Part shown: in pieces, positions 1-12,599 of the stretch
How positions within the stretch are numbered: position 1 is the first letter of the stretch
Layout of the letters: every line of letters starts with the position of its first letter
NCBI RefSeq assembly: GCF_021028975.2
Contig: NC_059426.1
Coordinates: 70,184,001 to 70,248,000, forward strand
Source of the DNA: Sphaerodactylus townsendi
Taxonomy: Eukaryota
Direction: 5' to 3'
DNA length: 64,000 nt
The notes under the pieces: model-generated
What the model saw: only the letters and a program-made list of their open reading frames with translations
Databases searched by the model: none
What the model was told of the DNA's origin: nothing
Translations under genes and position numbers: made by a program

Positions 1-1570
1 TTACAATGGCGTTACAATGGCATTACAACGGTGTTACAACGGTGTTACAACGGTGCTATAACGGCACTATAACGGTGTTAGAACTTTTTAATGGAGTTAC
101 AACAGCGTTACAACGGTGTTACAACGGCATTACAATGGCGTTACAATGGCATTACAACGGCGCTATAACGGCGTTACAACGCCGTTTTAATGGCGGTAGA
201 ACTTTTTAATGGAGTTACAACGGCGTTACAACGGCATTACAATGGTTTTACAATGGTGTTACAACGCCACTACAATGGCGCTATAACGGCTTTACAACGG
301 CTTTACAACGGCATTACAATGGTTTTACAATGGTGTTACAACGCCACTACAATGGCGCTATAACGGCTTTACAACGGCTTTACAACGGCGTTACAACGGT
401 GTTACAATGGCGTTACAACGGCGCTATAATGGCTTTACAACGGTGCTATAACGGCGTTACAACGGCGTTACAACGGCGTTTTAATGGCGTTAGAACTTTT
501 TAATGGAGTTACAACGGCATTACAATGGCGTTACAATGGCGTTACAACGGCGTTTTAATGGTGTTAAAACGGTTTAATAGTGTTAGAACAATGTTACAAC
601 GGCATTACAACGGCGTTACAACGGCGTTACAACAGCATTATAATGGCGTTAGAACTTTTTAATGAAGTTACAACGGCGTTACAATGGCGTTACAATGGCG
701 TCACAACAGTGTTACAACGGCGTTACAGTGGCGTTACAACGGCACTATAACGGCGTTACAACAATGTTACAACGGTGTTTAAATGGCGTTAGAACTTTTT
801 AATGGAGTTACAACGGCGTTACAACAGCGTTACAATGATGTTACAATAGCGTTACAACGGCGTTACAGCGGCGTTACAACGGCGCTATAACGGCCTTACA
901 ACGGTGTTACAACGGCGCTATAACGGCTTTATAATGGTGCTATAACGGCGTTACAACGGCGTTTTAATGGCGTTAGAGCGGTTTAATAGTGTTAGAACAA
1001 TGTTACAACGGCGTTACAACGGCATTACAACGGCGTTACAACAGCATTATAATGGTGTTAAAACTTTTTAATGAAGTTACAATGGTGTTACAACAGTGTT
1101 ACAACAGCGTTACAATGGCGTCACAACGGCGTTACAACGGCTTTACAACGGCGCTATAATGGCATTACAACGGCGGTACAATGGCGTTACAACGGCGTTT
1201 AAATGGCGTTAGAACTTTTTAATGGAGTTACAACAGCGTTACAACGGCGTTACAACGGCGTTACAACGGTGTTACAACAGCGTTACAACGGCGTTACAGT
1301 GGCGTTACAACGGCGCTATAACGGCTTTACAATGGTGCTATAACGGCATTACAACGGCATTACAACGGCGTTTTAGTTACAACAGCGTTACAACGGCGTT
1401 ACAACGGCGTTACAACGGTGTTACAACAGCGTTACAACGGCGTTACAGTGGCGTTACAACGGCGCTATAACGGCTTTACAATGGTGCTATAACGGCATTA
1501 CAACGGCATTACAACGGCGTTTTAATGGTGTTAGAATGGTTTAATAGTGTTAGAACAATGTTACAACGAT
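1..1570. repeat. 11-bp satellite/minisatellite (consensus TTACAACGGCG) with ~410-420 bp higher-order structure; runs off the left edge
   Basis: Continuous tandem 11-mers. Most variants are CpG->TpG/CpA. Marker variant blocks recur at 572/981 and 653/1062 (409 bp apart) and at 793/1213 (420 bp apart). Confidence 0.95.
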
Positions 1571-2145
1571 GTTATAACATCATGATGTTACGCTATGATT
1601 ATTGTTGCTTCGGTTATGTGATGTTATGAAATGATGTGATGTGATGTTATGACTTTGTAAGAGAAGCATCAACATTATAATATCATGACATCACATCATG
1701 ATGTTATGATGTTATAACGCTATAACATCATGACGTTATAACAACGCTATTACAACGCTATAACAGTGTTATACAACACTATAATGGTGTTTTAACAGCG
1801 TTACAACAGCATTACAACAGTGTTACAACAACGCTATAACAGCGTTATAACAACACTATAAAACGTTGTAACATGACGTTATAACAGCGCTATAACAACG
1901 CTATAACATCATGACGTTTGAACATCATGATGTTACGTTATGTTTATAGTTGCTTCTGTTATATGATGTTATGAAATGATGTGATGTTATGACGTTATAA
2001 GAGAAGCATCAACATTATAATGTCATAACATCACATCATGTTGTTAAGACGTTATAACGTTATAATATCAGGACATCATGATGCTATAACATCATGAGTT
2101 ATAACAGCGCTTTAACTAAGTTATAATAGCGTTATAACAACGCTA
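1571..2145. repeat. AT-richer degenerate tandem repeat (ACATCATGATGTT / TATAAC units) with a ~345-bp duplicated block
   Basis: Block 'aacatcatgatgttacg...ttgcttc..ttat.tgatgttatgaaatgatgtgatgt...agagaagcatcaacattataat' occurs at ~1576 and ~1921. Confidence 0.85.
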
Positions 2146-2519
2146 TGTTAATATGATAATCACTGGCCATGCCGAGGCACTTGCGCTGGTGAAGGGAAGA
2201 ATCCAACAGTGTGCAGTCACCGGGTGCTGGAATGCGAAGCCGAACATGGCACCAGTAACCCAGCACCCCTGCCCCTGCCACCGGCGTAGTGGGGCTGGTC
2301 TGGGAGCTTGGCTGGGGGAGGAATTGACATTAGTTGGCTCCCTCCAGGCCATTTGACATGCTATGCTGGCAGGCCAGAACTGAGACTTACACTACGCTTT
2401 TGGGTAGCATAAATCTATTAAGCCCAATGGGAACTGCTCACCCGTGGGCAGGCTTTCCTGCTTGTATTTTGTTGGATCATACCAGATGTCCACGTAGTCT
2501 AGCAGCCTGTTTACACAGT

Positions 2520-2670
2520 CGCCAACCAGTTGCACTAGAAGGCCAGCAAACAGGGCTTACTCTTCCCAGATGTTGGAGCCTCCCTTTAACCACCATGGCT
2601 AACAGCCATTAATCAACCTACCATCCATGAATCTAATTAATCCTCTCTTAAAACCAACTATGCTCATGGA
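2520..2670 (-). mobile_element. CR1 LINE 3' fragment
   Basis: 'ccatggctaacagccattaat...ccatgaatctaattaatcctctcttaaa' matches the reverse complement of the typical squamate CR1 ORF2 end/3' UTR (recalled). Confidence 0.55.
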
Positions 2671-4550
2671 CTCAGGACTGAGGGTGTGTGAAACAGTGGG
2701 TAGTGGAAGAATAAGGTCAAGGGTGTGTCTGTGGAGAAAAGTGAATATATTAAAGCCAGTTCATTTATTGAAAGACACCTGCGTGTGTCTGAGTGCTTCT
2801 CTTCTATACTTCCTCTTCATTCAAGCATTGGCTCCACTCCCCATCCACCAAATCACCACATCTTCTTTTGGAATCTGTGGCTAGGCCACTTCTGCAATCT
2901 CATGCTCCATTATGACTTGCTATGGCATTTCAAAATTGTGTCCAAACTCCAAGTTTTTCTTTAACCCAAATCTCTGCATGTGTAGACATTACTCTTAATT
3001 AATGAAAACATTTATACTCTGCTTTTCTCCCACACTGGGCACTTGAAACAACTTATGTACAAAAATGGGCTACAATTTAAACATACAAAGTTGCACTTAG
3101 GACTCTTTTCTAGCTGGTTGTGGGGATATAAAATTGTGGGATATAAAGTTATCTCAGTCTGATGTCAGGACTGGCAGTAACACTCAAATGGGGTGGCAAG
3201 CTGAGATCCCAGGGCCAAGGACCCTTTGGCTCCCTCCTTTAGAAAAACTTGGGCTTAAATTAGGCCCGAACTGCACGTTACATGTATCATGTGATCACCA
3301 TCAGGACTTGCAGCTAGACAACAGCTGCGAGTTCTTTGTGGGAACCAAATGCTTCCACATAAAGCCACCTGCCAAGGCATATAATGCCTTACTGGATTGT
3401 TTAAAGTCGGGGAAATTGGTGGGAAAGGTGAGGGATTTTTTAAAATGGTGGTGGAGGCTGACAACTGCAGAGGGAACATGGAAATTAACTTGCTGTTTTG
3501 GCAGGAATGAAAGAAACATTTCAGTATGATCACTCTGTGGGGGAAGAACTCTAGCCATGGCTGGCTTCATTGTGTGGAATTTTTGAAATCTACCCAGAGG
3601 CTAGTCCTTGGCTGTAAGGAGTAAGGATGAAAAGGAGGATTCACATGTAAAATGTCCCACAAACAAAAGATAGCATAAAAACACTTAAACCCCTTACATA
3701 TGCTACTTCTACTGTAGACCAGTTGGAATATTCCACTTTTTGTCTCTTAACCCACTTTTCAAAATCATTGCTACGTAGACCAATCTAGATGTTCTGTTTA
3801 ATTCATTGTTACAAATGCTGAAAAAAGAAACAACAGACATCAAAGTATGTATAGGACAATTCAAGAAAATGAAGTGAACAAAGGCATAGCTAATGTCTGG
3901 TCAATGACATCATACAGTCACTAAAGACAAGGGGAAGTAAGAAAAGTAATATTGGAGAAGCAGCCAGCAAGAATTTCCATATTACTAAGACTGGGTGGGA
4001 AATTTTGTCTTTTTATCTCTCATTTTTAACTTGCAGGTGGCATCCAGACCACATTTTCCATCAATGGAATAGAACTTTATTGCCTCTGCCTTTCCACTGT
4101 GTTCTACTGACCTTCACAAAATGAAGCCTTTAGGGGATAAGGAACCCCAAGGATCAACGTAAGGGAAATGTGCAGCAGCAGGTGGGAATTGGTAAAAATT
4201 ACCCATTTACTGTGCAATCAAAGAGGTGGCGAGCTGAGCCAAATTGGAGTCAGTGGAAGGGTTGTGGCAGTGCCTATGCCACTAACAAAGGGGAATGGAT
4301 GCCAGCACAGAGAGATTTACCCCAGCAGCGAGGTGCTGGGATTTTGGAATGAGGAAGTGGTGTTCTATACTGTCATTTCTGCACTGCAGGAGACAGGCTC
4401 TACCAGTGTTCTTGGGGGGTGGGGTTTTGGGAGCACTTCCCGGGGGTAGAGTTAGTTCTTAAAGGACTTTAAGTCTGAAATGCTCCTTACGTCAGCAGCT
4501 GACTTACGCCACAAAAAGTGTAGCCTTTCCTAAGGTTTTTTCAGGCAGAC

Positions 4551-5878
4551 CAGAGGCATACCTAGGCAAACTGGAGCCCTGGGCAAAACCTGAGTTTGAT
4601 GCCCGCCCATGGGTGGCCATCCTCCCCCACCATGACCAAACAACGATTTTTTTCCCACCAGGTCTTTTCAAAGTCACCATCACATTATAGAACATGCCCC
4701 AACTCACAAATCTGAACACAGCAATGGGCCATGCCACACAGAAGAAATAATTTTTTGAAAACATTTTCAAAATGCTTTCAAAATGATTTATTACTGCTAT
4801 GAAAACATTTTACGGTGTTGTATGCAGGTCAGCATCACTTTCAATGTCATTTAAACAGGGGGCCCCAGATTCTCCCTTTAAGGTGGATTTAAAAGGAGAA
4901 TCTGGGCTCCCTAGTTTAAACAAGTGATGCTGGAATCCACCCCCAAACAGCATCATTTTCAATGGTGTTTAAACTAGAGAGCCCAGATTCTCCTTTTAAG
5001 TCCACCTTAAAAGGAGAATCTGGGGTCCCCAGTTTAAACAACATTGAAAGTGATGCTATTTTGGGGTGGATTCTCCCCCACCCTGAAACAGCATCCCTTT
5101 CAATGTTAAAACTGGGGACCTCAGATTCTCCCTTTAAATCCANNNNNNNNNNNNNNNNNNNNNNNNNNNNNNNNNNNNNNNNNNNNNNNNNNNNNNNNNN
5201 NNNNNNNNNNNNNNNNNNNNNNNNNNNNNNNNNNNNNNNNNNNNNNNNNNNNNNNNNNNNNNNNNNNNNNNNNNNNNNNNNNNNNNNNNNNNNNNNNNNN
5301 NNNNNNNNNNNNNNNNNNNNNNNNNNNNNNNNNAACAACAACAACCTTTATTAGGCATTGAGAGAATAAAAGAAAGAAAGAAAACAAGCTTGGGCAGGAA
5401 GGGAGTGGATTTAAAAAAAGAATCTGGGGAAATTTAGGGGGTGCCTGTTGTTGGGGTGCAATTATTAAGATAGCAGCACCAAAATTTCACAATATCTTTG
5501 TGAGACCCTACTGATGATACCACCCAGGTTGGTGAAGTTTGGTTCAGGGGGTCCAAAGTTATGGACCCTCAAAGGTGTAGACCCCATCTCCTATTAGCTC
5601 CCACTGGAAACAATGGGGGATGGGGGCACTCCCTTTGGGAATCCAAAGTTAAACCAAACCTCAGCAAACCCAGGTCATATCATCAGGAGAGTCTCCCAAA
5701 AAATACCTGAAATTTTGGTGCTGCTAGCCTAAAATCTGCAACCGCTGCAGGCCAAAAAAGGGAAAAAAAACACTTAAAATACAAAAGAACCCCACAAACA
5801 AACCTGCATTTTTGTTGCCCACCACAAGGTGGTGCCCTGGGCAGTTGCCCATATTGCCCAATGGGAGGAACGCCTCTG
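4551..5878. mobile_element. Non-autonomous hAT-like element with palindromic internal modules (spans an assembly gap)
   Basis: Termini CAGAGGCATACCT ... AGGAACGCCTCTG (11/13 inverted match). Interior shared with 14223-15295, 28712-30159 and 57170-57660. No TSD found. Confidence 0.7.
5143..5333. other. Assembly gap (N run)
   Basis: 191 Ns. Confidence 1.
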
Positions 5879-7874
5879 TATATATCTCACTAAACCAAAC
5901 TGACAATTTGACGCAGTTCCACGTTTTTTAACTCAGTTTTTTCCTACCTGTGGATTAGAACCCAAAAGTGGGTTGCAAAGCTTCTAAAAGTGGTTTGCAG
6001 GCCCTATGAGTTGCCTTTTGATTCTGTCTCTCTTCCTCCCAGCCAATTTCTCACATTCTCATCTCCCAATTCCTATGTGACAATGAATGGGCATGAAAAC
6101 AATCTGTCCAGCATGCAGTAACTTTATAGTTGTAACTGGAAGAAGGGGGGGGGGCACTGCTAAGGAGTGAACAGGAGCTGTTCAGTGTGCCAGGAAAAAG
6201 GGGAGAAAAAGAAGCACATGCATGTATGGGCGTGGCCCTGGTGCTGCTCCTTTAGTCCAACTTCTTGATCAAAGACTGGAACGTAACCACCATATGCAAA
6301 GGCTGTGTACTTTAGAATGCCACTTGTTTGGGGGCAACCACATCCATCTTTTGTGCAATGCCTTTTGGTTTTTCAAAAACGCCCACCTGGCTACTGCAGA
6401 AAAAAAAGACTAAAGAGGTTCTTATTGAAGTATTTGGTTAATATAGCAGAGTCATAGAAGCATGATACTAACTACAGTAAATAAATCACCCAAGAAGTAT
6501 ATTGCAAAAAGTAAAACTTACATTCTGTTCACATTCAGGTTGCAGTTAAAGGATGGAAGAGAAACCTAATCTAAAGAGTCACAAGTGGACAGCTTGTATA
6601 TGGAAGTATGAGGCATTGTTTCTGCAGAAGAGACAGGTACATATGTGTAATTCCAAGAAGATCCATGTAGAGAGTGAACGCACACTGGGCATAGAGAGAG
6701 AGGAGGGGTCACAGGACAACAACGTAAAATAAAATGAAAACCTCCCAGGTTAAGACTAGGAGCATCCTATTCCAGTATATACCCACTTAGAGTTATGTAG
6801 CAACCAATGACATTCAGACAGGCTGAATCACTCATTCCAACAGTGCCAAGGACACAGTTCAGTTAATGAACAAAAAACAAACAAACCCTGGGCTGACCGT
6901 AGATGGGTCACCATGCCAAAAACATTTGAACTTGTAGATCACCATCCTAAAACTATTGGGAACCATTGTTCCAACCCTCTATTTCACACAGAATTCAAGG
7001 CCTCTTCTTGGCTCAAAATTTTAGGAATTCACATACACCCCAGGGGTCAGGAGGAATTAGTTTTTGTAAACTGATAAACAGTCTTAAATTGTGCTAGTTT
7101 AATCTGCCCTGCCCCCACATATATTAACAATATTGTTTTCAGAACAATATACCAACTATGCTATTGTCTCTGATATCCAGAATTCAATCTGAACATGACA
7201 ATATGAATGAAGGAATCATTAGACAATTACAACATACAAGAACAATGAATATGCTCAATATTATAATTTTTTTAAAAACTTCATAATCACAAAACAGATA
7301 CGGTGGTTAGGAATAAAGCCTCTCATTGAACGTCACTCCCTTTGTCATATCACTGATTTTTGAAACATAAAATGCCATAGAATGACATTTGGTACCACAT
7401 GCAGAATATGATTATTTCATCATGGTTGTTCCTCCTATCTGGGCCAAGATCTCATCTGTCTGACTTTAATAGTGGCTGATAGAATGCTTATATTTAGCAT
7501 CATCCTAGTTTTTCATTGCATACAAATGGCTACAATTGGGAGAAAACAGTTTTCCCATATTCCTGTTTTTACCAATCATAATTGTTTCTGTCTCTTTCAG
7601 ACACAAGACAATGTGGGCACATTATTTCTTTGTCTGAATAGCTTAAAATTGATTGGATTGCCTATTACAAGGACTCTGCTTCCCAGCCCAAAAGTATCTG
7701 CTCTGAGTGAAAGGACATGAGTGCATAATTGATTGTTGGGTCCCTTTGGAGTAGAGTTGCCTTGTTTTGCTTGGAGGCACTAGGAGGGCAAATCCCTCTT
7801 ATTGTGCTGGGCAAGTCATATGGATAATGCATTAAAATATGTTGAAATGTATGGGACAAACCCCTTGATGGTCA

Positions 7875-8819
7875 CTACTGTCTCTGAAAGATGGCTTTTC
7901 TTTCTAGTAGTCTCTTGAAAGCATCTTTTACTTCCTTATTTCTCAAACTGTAGATTAGTGGATTCAGCATGGGTATTGCAAGGGTATAAAACACAGAGAT
8001 AATTTTGTCCTGTTGCATGGAATATTTTGAAGTGGGCCTTAAGTACATGAAAATGGCAGTTCCATAGAAAACAATGACAGCTGTCAGGTGGGAGGCACAG
8101 GTAGAGAAGGCTTTATGCCTGCCCTCTGCTGAGTTGATTCTAATGATTGCAATGAGTATATAAGTGTAAGAGACAAGAATGGTCAGGAGAGTAACACTTA
8201 CAATTGCTGTAGAGAAAGTGAAATGAACTATATCAATCACATGTGTGTCTGAACAAGAAAGCTTTAGGATGGGGGGCACATCACAGAAGAAATGGTTGAT
8301 GATGTTTGAGCCACAAAAGGACAAATTAAAAATCAATGTAGTCTGAACCACAGCATTCGTACAACCTGTTAGATATGAACCAGTCACTAGCAGTTTGCAG
8401 AGCCTCTTGGACATGACAGCAGTATACAACAGGGGGTTGCAAATGGCTATGAAACGATCGTATGCCATCACAGCTAGCAGACAGCATTCACAGGACACAG
8501 CAATGCAGAAAAAGAAAAACTGCATGGCGCAGCCAGTGAATGAAATCGTTTTGATTTCAGCTACAAAGGCTATCAGGCTCCTAGGAGCAATGACACTGGA
8601 GTAACAAATATCTAAGACTGACAGATTGCTTAAAAAAAAGTACATGGGAGTATGAAGCCTGGAGTCAATGCTGATTAATGTCACCATGCCAATATTTCCC
8701 ACCAGGATCAACAAGTAGATCAATAAGAATACCATAAAGGGAACCAACTGTAGCTTCTGGTTATCTGAGAATCCCAACAAAATGAATTCTGTTATGGTGG
8801 TGAAGTTTGTCTCTGCCAT
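7875..8819 (-). CDS. Olfactory receptor, class II, family 5-like (314 aa, intact)
   Basis: N-glycosylation site NFT. OR motifs [49 protein letters not shown]. Splice acceptor ctcttgtttccAG at 8842-8841, 21 nt before the ATG. Confidence 0.97.
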   Translation of the reverse strand: MAETNFTTITEFILLGFSDNQKLQLVPFMVFLLIYLLILVGNIGMVTLISIDSRLHTPMYFFLSNLSVLDICYSSVIAPRSLIAFVAEIKTISFTGCAMQFFFFCIAVSCECCLLAVMAYDRFIAICNPLLYTAVMSKRLCKLLVTGSYLTGCTNAVVQTTLIFNLSFCGSNIINHFFCDVPPILKLSCSDTHVIDIVHFTFSTAIVSVTLLTILVSYTYILIAIIRINSAEGRHKAFSTCASHLTAVIVFYGTAIFMYLRPTSKYSMQQDKIISVFYTLAIPMLNPLIYSLRNKEVKDAFKRLLERKAIFQRQ

Positions 8820-9312
8820 TTAGTTCACATGCACTTTCACCTGGAAACAAGAGCATGACAACAATGATGCTCAACAATACATCACTTTGTTTTGAACAAA
8901 AACACTCTTGGGAAGCTGTGAGTTTAATCAGGGGAATAACAATGGGAAAGGGACTGCCAGCCTTTTCTGCACTGGCCACATTTCTTCTTAAGAAATTTCC
9001 CCTGATAGCATTTTTCTTTACATGGTCCCCATTCTTATTATTTGCATGCATTTGAGAATATTGCTAGTTCAATTTGCAGTGAAAGCAGAGTTCCTCCCTC
9101 TGAAACCTCTTACTTCAGTGAACTTTAATGGGTGTAATTCTGCTTAGCATAACACTGTGAGAAATTGAAATAATTCCAATTCTAAACAAAACTGGTGTGA
9201 CGTTTATATGATCAATATTGGAAAAGCCAAACATGGTTTTTAATATCATATACAAATATAGTTCCTGGTCCCTTGAGTACATTTCTAGAAAATCTCTCTT
9301 AGATTTAGATAT

Positions 9313-10013
9313 CCGTATATACTCATGTATAAGTCGACTTTTCCAGCACATTTTTAATGCTGAAAAAGCTCCCCTCGACTTATATTCGGGTCATTAAATT
9401 TTTTAGTGTGTTTTTACTTTGCCGGGCCAGCCACTTGGGGGTGCAGCTTTATGCTTAAGCGTCTAGTAAAGGTGTTCCCAGGGGTACCCTCAGACAACAC
9501 TCCTGATGATACCAGCCAAGTTTGGTAAGGTTTGGTTCTCAACTTTAGACCCCGAAAGAGGTGCCCCCATTCCCCATTGTTTTCAATGGGAGCTAATACC
9601 GTGTTTCCCCGAAAATAAGACAGTGTCTTATATTAATTTTTGCTCCCAAAGATGCGCTATGTCCTATTTTCAGGGGATGTCTTATTTTTCTGTGTTCTGT
9701 TCGTCGGGCATACAATAAAGTTATTGTTGAGACCATATTGTTCTTGTTGACCCTCTTTTCCACTTACAGAGCTAGTTTACTGTTTTTCTTTGAAATAAAT
9801 ATTCAAAAACATTTAACCTACTGATGCCTCAATTAATGTAATTTTATTGGTATCTATTTTTATTTTTGAAATTTACCAGTAGCTGCTGCATTTCCCAACC
9901 TCGACTTTATACGCAGAGTCCAATAGAAGTTTTTTCCCAGTTTTTTTATTGAGTAAAATTAAGGTGCCCTCGACTTTATATCTTGAAGTCGACTTATACA
10001 TGAGTATATATGG
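9313..10013. mobile_element. Tc1/mariner-superfamily (Tc2/pogo-like) non-autonomous element, with a second Tc2-type end nested at ~9599
   Basis: TIRs CCGTATATACTCATGTATAAGTCGAC / GTCGACTTATACATGAGTATATATGG, with TA at the right flank and TA+T at the left. Sister copy at 57048-58026. Internal CCGTGTTTCCCCGAAAATAAGAC end at ~9599. Confidence 0.85.
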
Positions 10014-10616
10014 TAGCAATGCCCTCTGTTTCAATAAAGACTAGGGACCTATTCAATTTGGGAACACCTCATTTCTAGAGTTGAAATACTTTGATTTAGG
10101 GTGATGGAAGTTCTCCAGTTTACAGAAACTGATCAATATGGACAAAAATAGTGGAGTTTATAGAAAACATAATAGCTAAAGCAAAACAAGTTATCACCGT
10201 TCATTAAAAAAAATTAACGAATATTTTCAAAGAAAATTATGAGAAGTAAGATGGGTACACACACTTCCAAAATACATTGTAAATAACATAGGTAGTTTCT
10301 GCATGCCACAATTATACTGGGTTACAATTGGTATCTTACAATCTGGGTCTATTTTATCCCGGTTTCTGCCTTTGCATATCTGCCCATTTCTGTGAAGGAA
10401 TCAAGTGAAGACTGGGACGAAATACTTCAGTTTGTTTTGCATGAGCCCAGGCCTTTTGTATTTACAACTCAAGCATATCTGTGCATGCGCAAACATCCCC
10501 GGTATCTTGCATTCTGATTGGCTGTTGTTTCTGGGCAGCAGCTTGAATAAACATCTCCACCCTGCCTATTAATTGATGACCCCCCCCCTTTTTTCCAGTT
10601 CTGGATAAGGTCTGGC

Positions 10617-11563
10617 CAGTGGTGGGATTCAAATAATTTAACAACTGGTTCTGGTTGAGCAGGGGTGGGTGCCCCCTGCTTAACTTAAACGTCTGCCGCA
10701 CCCCCTCAACCTCCATTGAAGCTGTGTAGGCACCCCATCCTCCTCCAAGCCAAAGGAGGAAGGAGCCCTCTTCAGCCAGCAGGCTTGATCCCGGCTGCTT
10801 CCGCCCCCTCCTCAACCTCAATCAGTGGTAGAGATTGAGGGGGAAGGTGGGGCCACAGCAGCTGGTAGCAAGCTGCATGCTCGCTGGCTGCAGAGGGCTC
10901 CCTCTTCCTTGGCAGTTTGCAGCCAGATGAGCCCTCCTGCGCCAGCGCCCCGTCCTTCTCAGAGCCAAAGGAGGGCTAGTTCGGCTGCAAATTACCAAGG
11001 TGGAGGGAGCCTTCTGCAGCCAGGTGCAGCTGGCTGCTACCACCCCCTCTTCAACTTCCATCCACGCTCTGGCCACCACAGATGAGAGATTGAGGGGGGA
11101 GGTGGTGCCGCAGCAGCTGATGGCAAGCCGTGTGCCCACAGGCTGCGGAGGGCTCCCTCTTCCTTGGCAGTTTGCAGCCGGACATGTCCTCCTGCGCTGG
11201 TGCCCCTTCACAGAAAACCTGCTCCAGGCGCCCCCCATTCCCCACTTACCTGGCTGCCGTCCCCTCGCTCCTTGATGGCTGTCCCTTGCCCCCTCTAGGC
11301 AGGCTGCCATCCCCCACACCTCCATCAGAGGGCAGCCTCCTTTCCACCTCTCAGAGTTCCTCTCCCTAAAGTTGGTCCCACTTGTTGGGCTGGGCAGCCA
11401 GGCCACCCAGGGGAAGGTGGAAATGGCCCCTGCCCACATTGTGGGGTCACATGTCCCAGTGAGCACTCCACCCTGGGCAGGCAGTGGATGGATCGGCAAA
11501 CTGAAGGAATGATTAGGAAAGGGTTCTGCCGAATTGGTCTGAATCAGCTGAATCCCACCTCAG
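10617..11563. mobile_element. hAT non-autonomous element with internal GC-rich direct repeats
   Basis: Ends CAGTGGTGGGATTC ... GAATCCCACCTCAG. Perfect 8-bp TSD GGTCTGGC (10609-10616, 11564-11571). Internal ~250-bp duplication. Appears inserted in an older Harbinger-like element (~10430-12072). Confidence 0.9.
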
Positions 11564-12599
11564 GGTCTGGCGCAGGCCTCAACATGGCAAGTGGCAGCAA
11601 AAAAACAATGGAGCAAAGCATCACATGACATTCCCACCCACGTTCTCATATTTTTGTGAAAAAATGAGACTCACGCCCGTGATATGCCCACTAACATTCA
11701 GCCCAAAGTGCACATCTCCCTAGCTCTGAGCAACCAGTACATGTACAGAAAAGAAAATGGGGACATTTTGGGACCCCACTCCTGATTAATCCAGGCAAAA
11801 TGGCACCCGGTTGATACCATGAGCAGAAAACGTGCTTAGGGGAACATTTTGGGAAGGGCCAGGTTCAACTGTCAGCAACTCAGCAGGGAGATCAGGGACT
11901 GGGTGGGAAAAATAAACTGGTTCTGCTCCCAGTAGCGTGTTCACTGCAGGATTTTTAAAAAGAATTGCCAAATTGGCGATTTTTTAAAATCTCGAGATGA
12001 GGGAAACTTCTTGGCCAAACCAGGATATTTTCCTTGCTCAACACAGGATATTTTGACCATGCAGAAACGACCATAGGCAGGCTCAGTCAGGAAAAGGTAT
12101 TTTAATTGGTTCAAATGAAAGGAGTCTTTCGTTTCCCAGTCAGTATAGAATTACAGGCTAGGCATTCCAGATTGAAAAGAAAAACAAATCTACACAACTC
12201 CTTTTATCAGGATCTATTAAAATGATACCTTTTTTCCTGATTGAAAAAGCCTAAAATGTAATATTTTAAAGTGTCAACAGATAATATTACATATATCCCC
12301 CTATAAGCTCCTCATATGCACTGGAATACAAAACCATAATTCTTTTGCAGTGAATAACTCAATTGACCAATTTAGAAAACATATCCCCAATCTGAAATGA
12401 AATGAAATTCTCATTTTGGGATGTGGGGAATCTGCATGAACTATGGGTACATTAAATATGAAAATAAGCTGATGTGGTCTAGAACACAACATGAGAAAAA
12501 AGATCCGCACACACACTGACACCCCTATATAAACTTTACAGCATCCTATCATTACACTAATTACTTAAAGATCTTGTCTGTTCCTCATTATTGCAGACT

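Noticed and set aside
6-1470. Repetitive ORFs (LQRRYNGVTTA)n at 6-209 and 1222-1470 as a protein gene
   Set aside because: They are the automatic translation of an 11-bp tandem repeat, are interrupted by stops, and have no gene structure.
1-1570. CRISPR-like repeat/spacer array
   Set aside because: The sequence between marker motifs is the same 11-mer rather than unique spacers; the context is eukaryotic with no cas genes.
4916-5387. ORFs spanning N runs (also ~30528-30818 and 60187-60534)
   Set aside because: Artefacts of assembly gaps.
10462-11499. GC-rich ORFs up to 225 aa (also 14074-14598, 28560-29123, 40891-41342, 49119-49612, 61140-61653)
   Set aside because: They lie within non-autonomous transposons, are open in several frames because of high GC, and show no recognisable domain.
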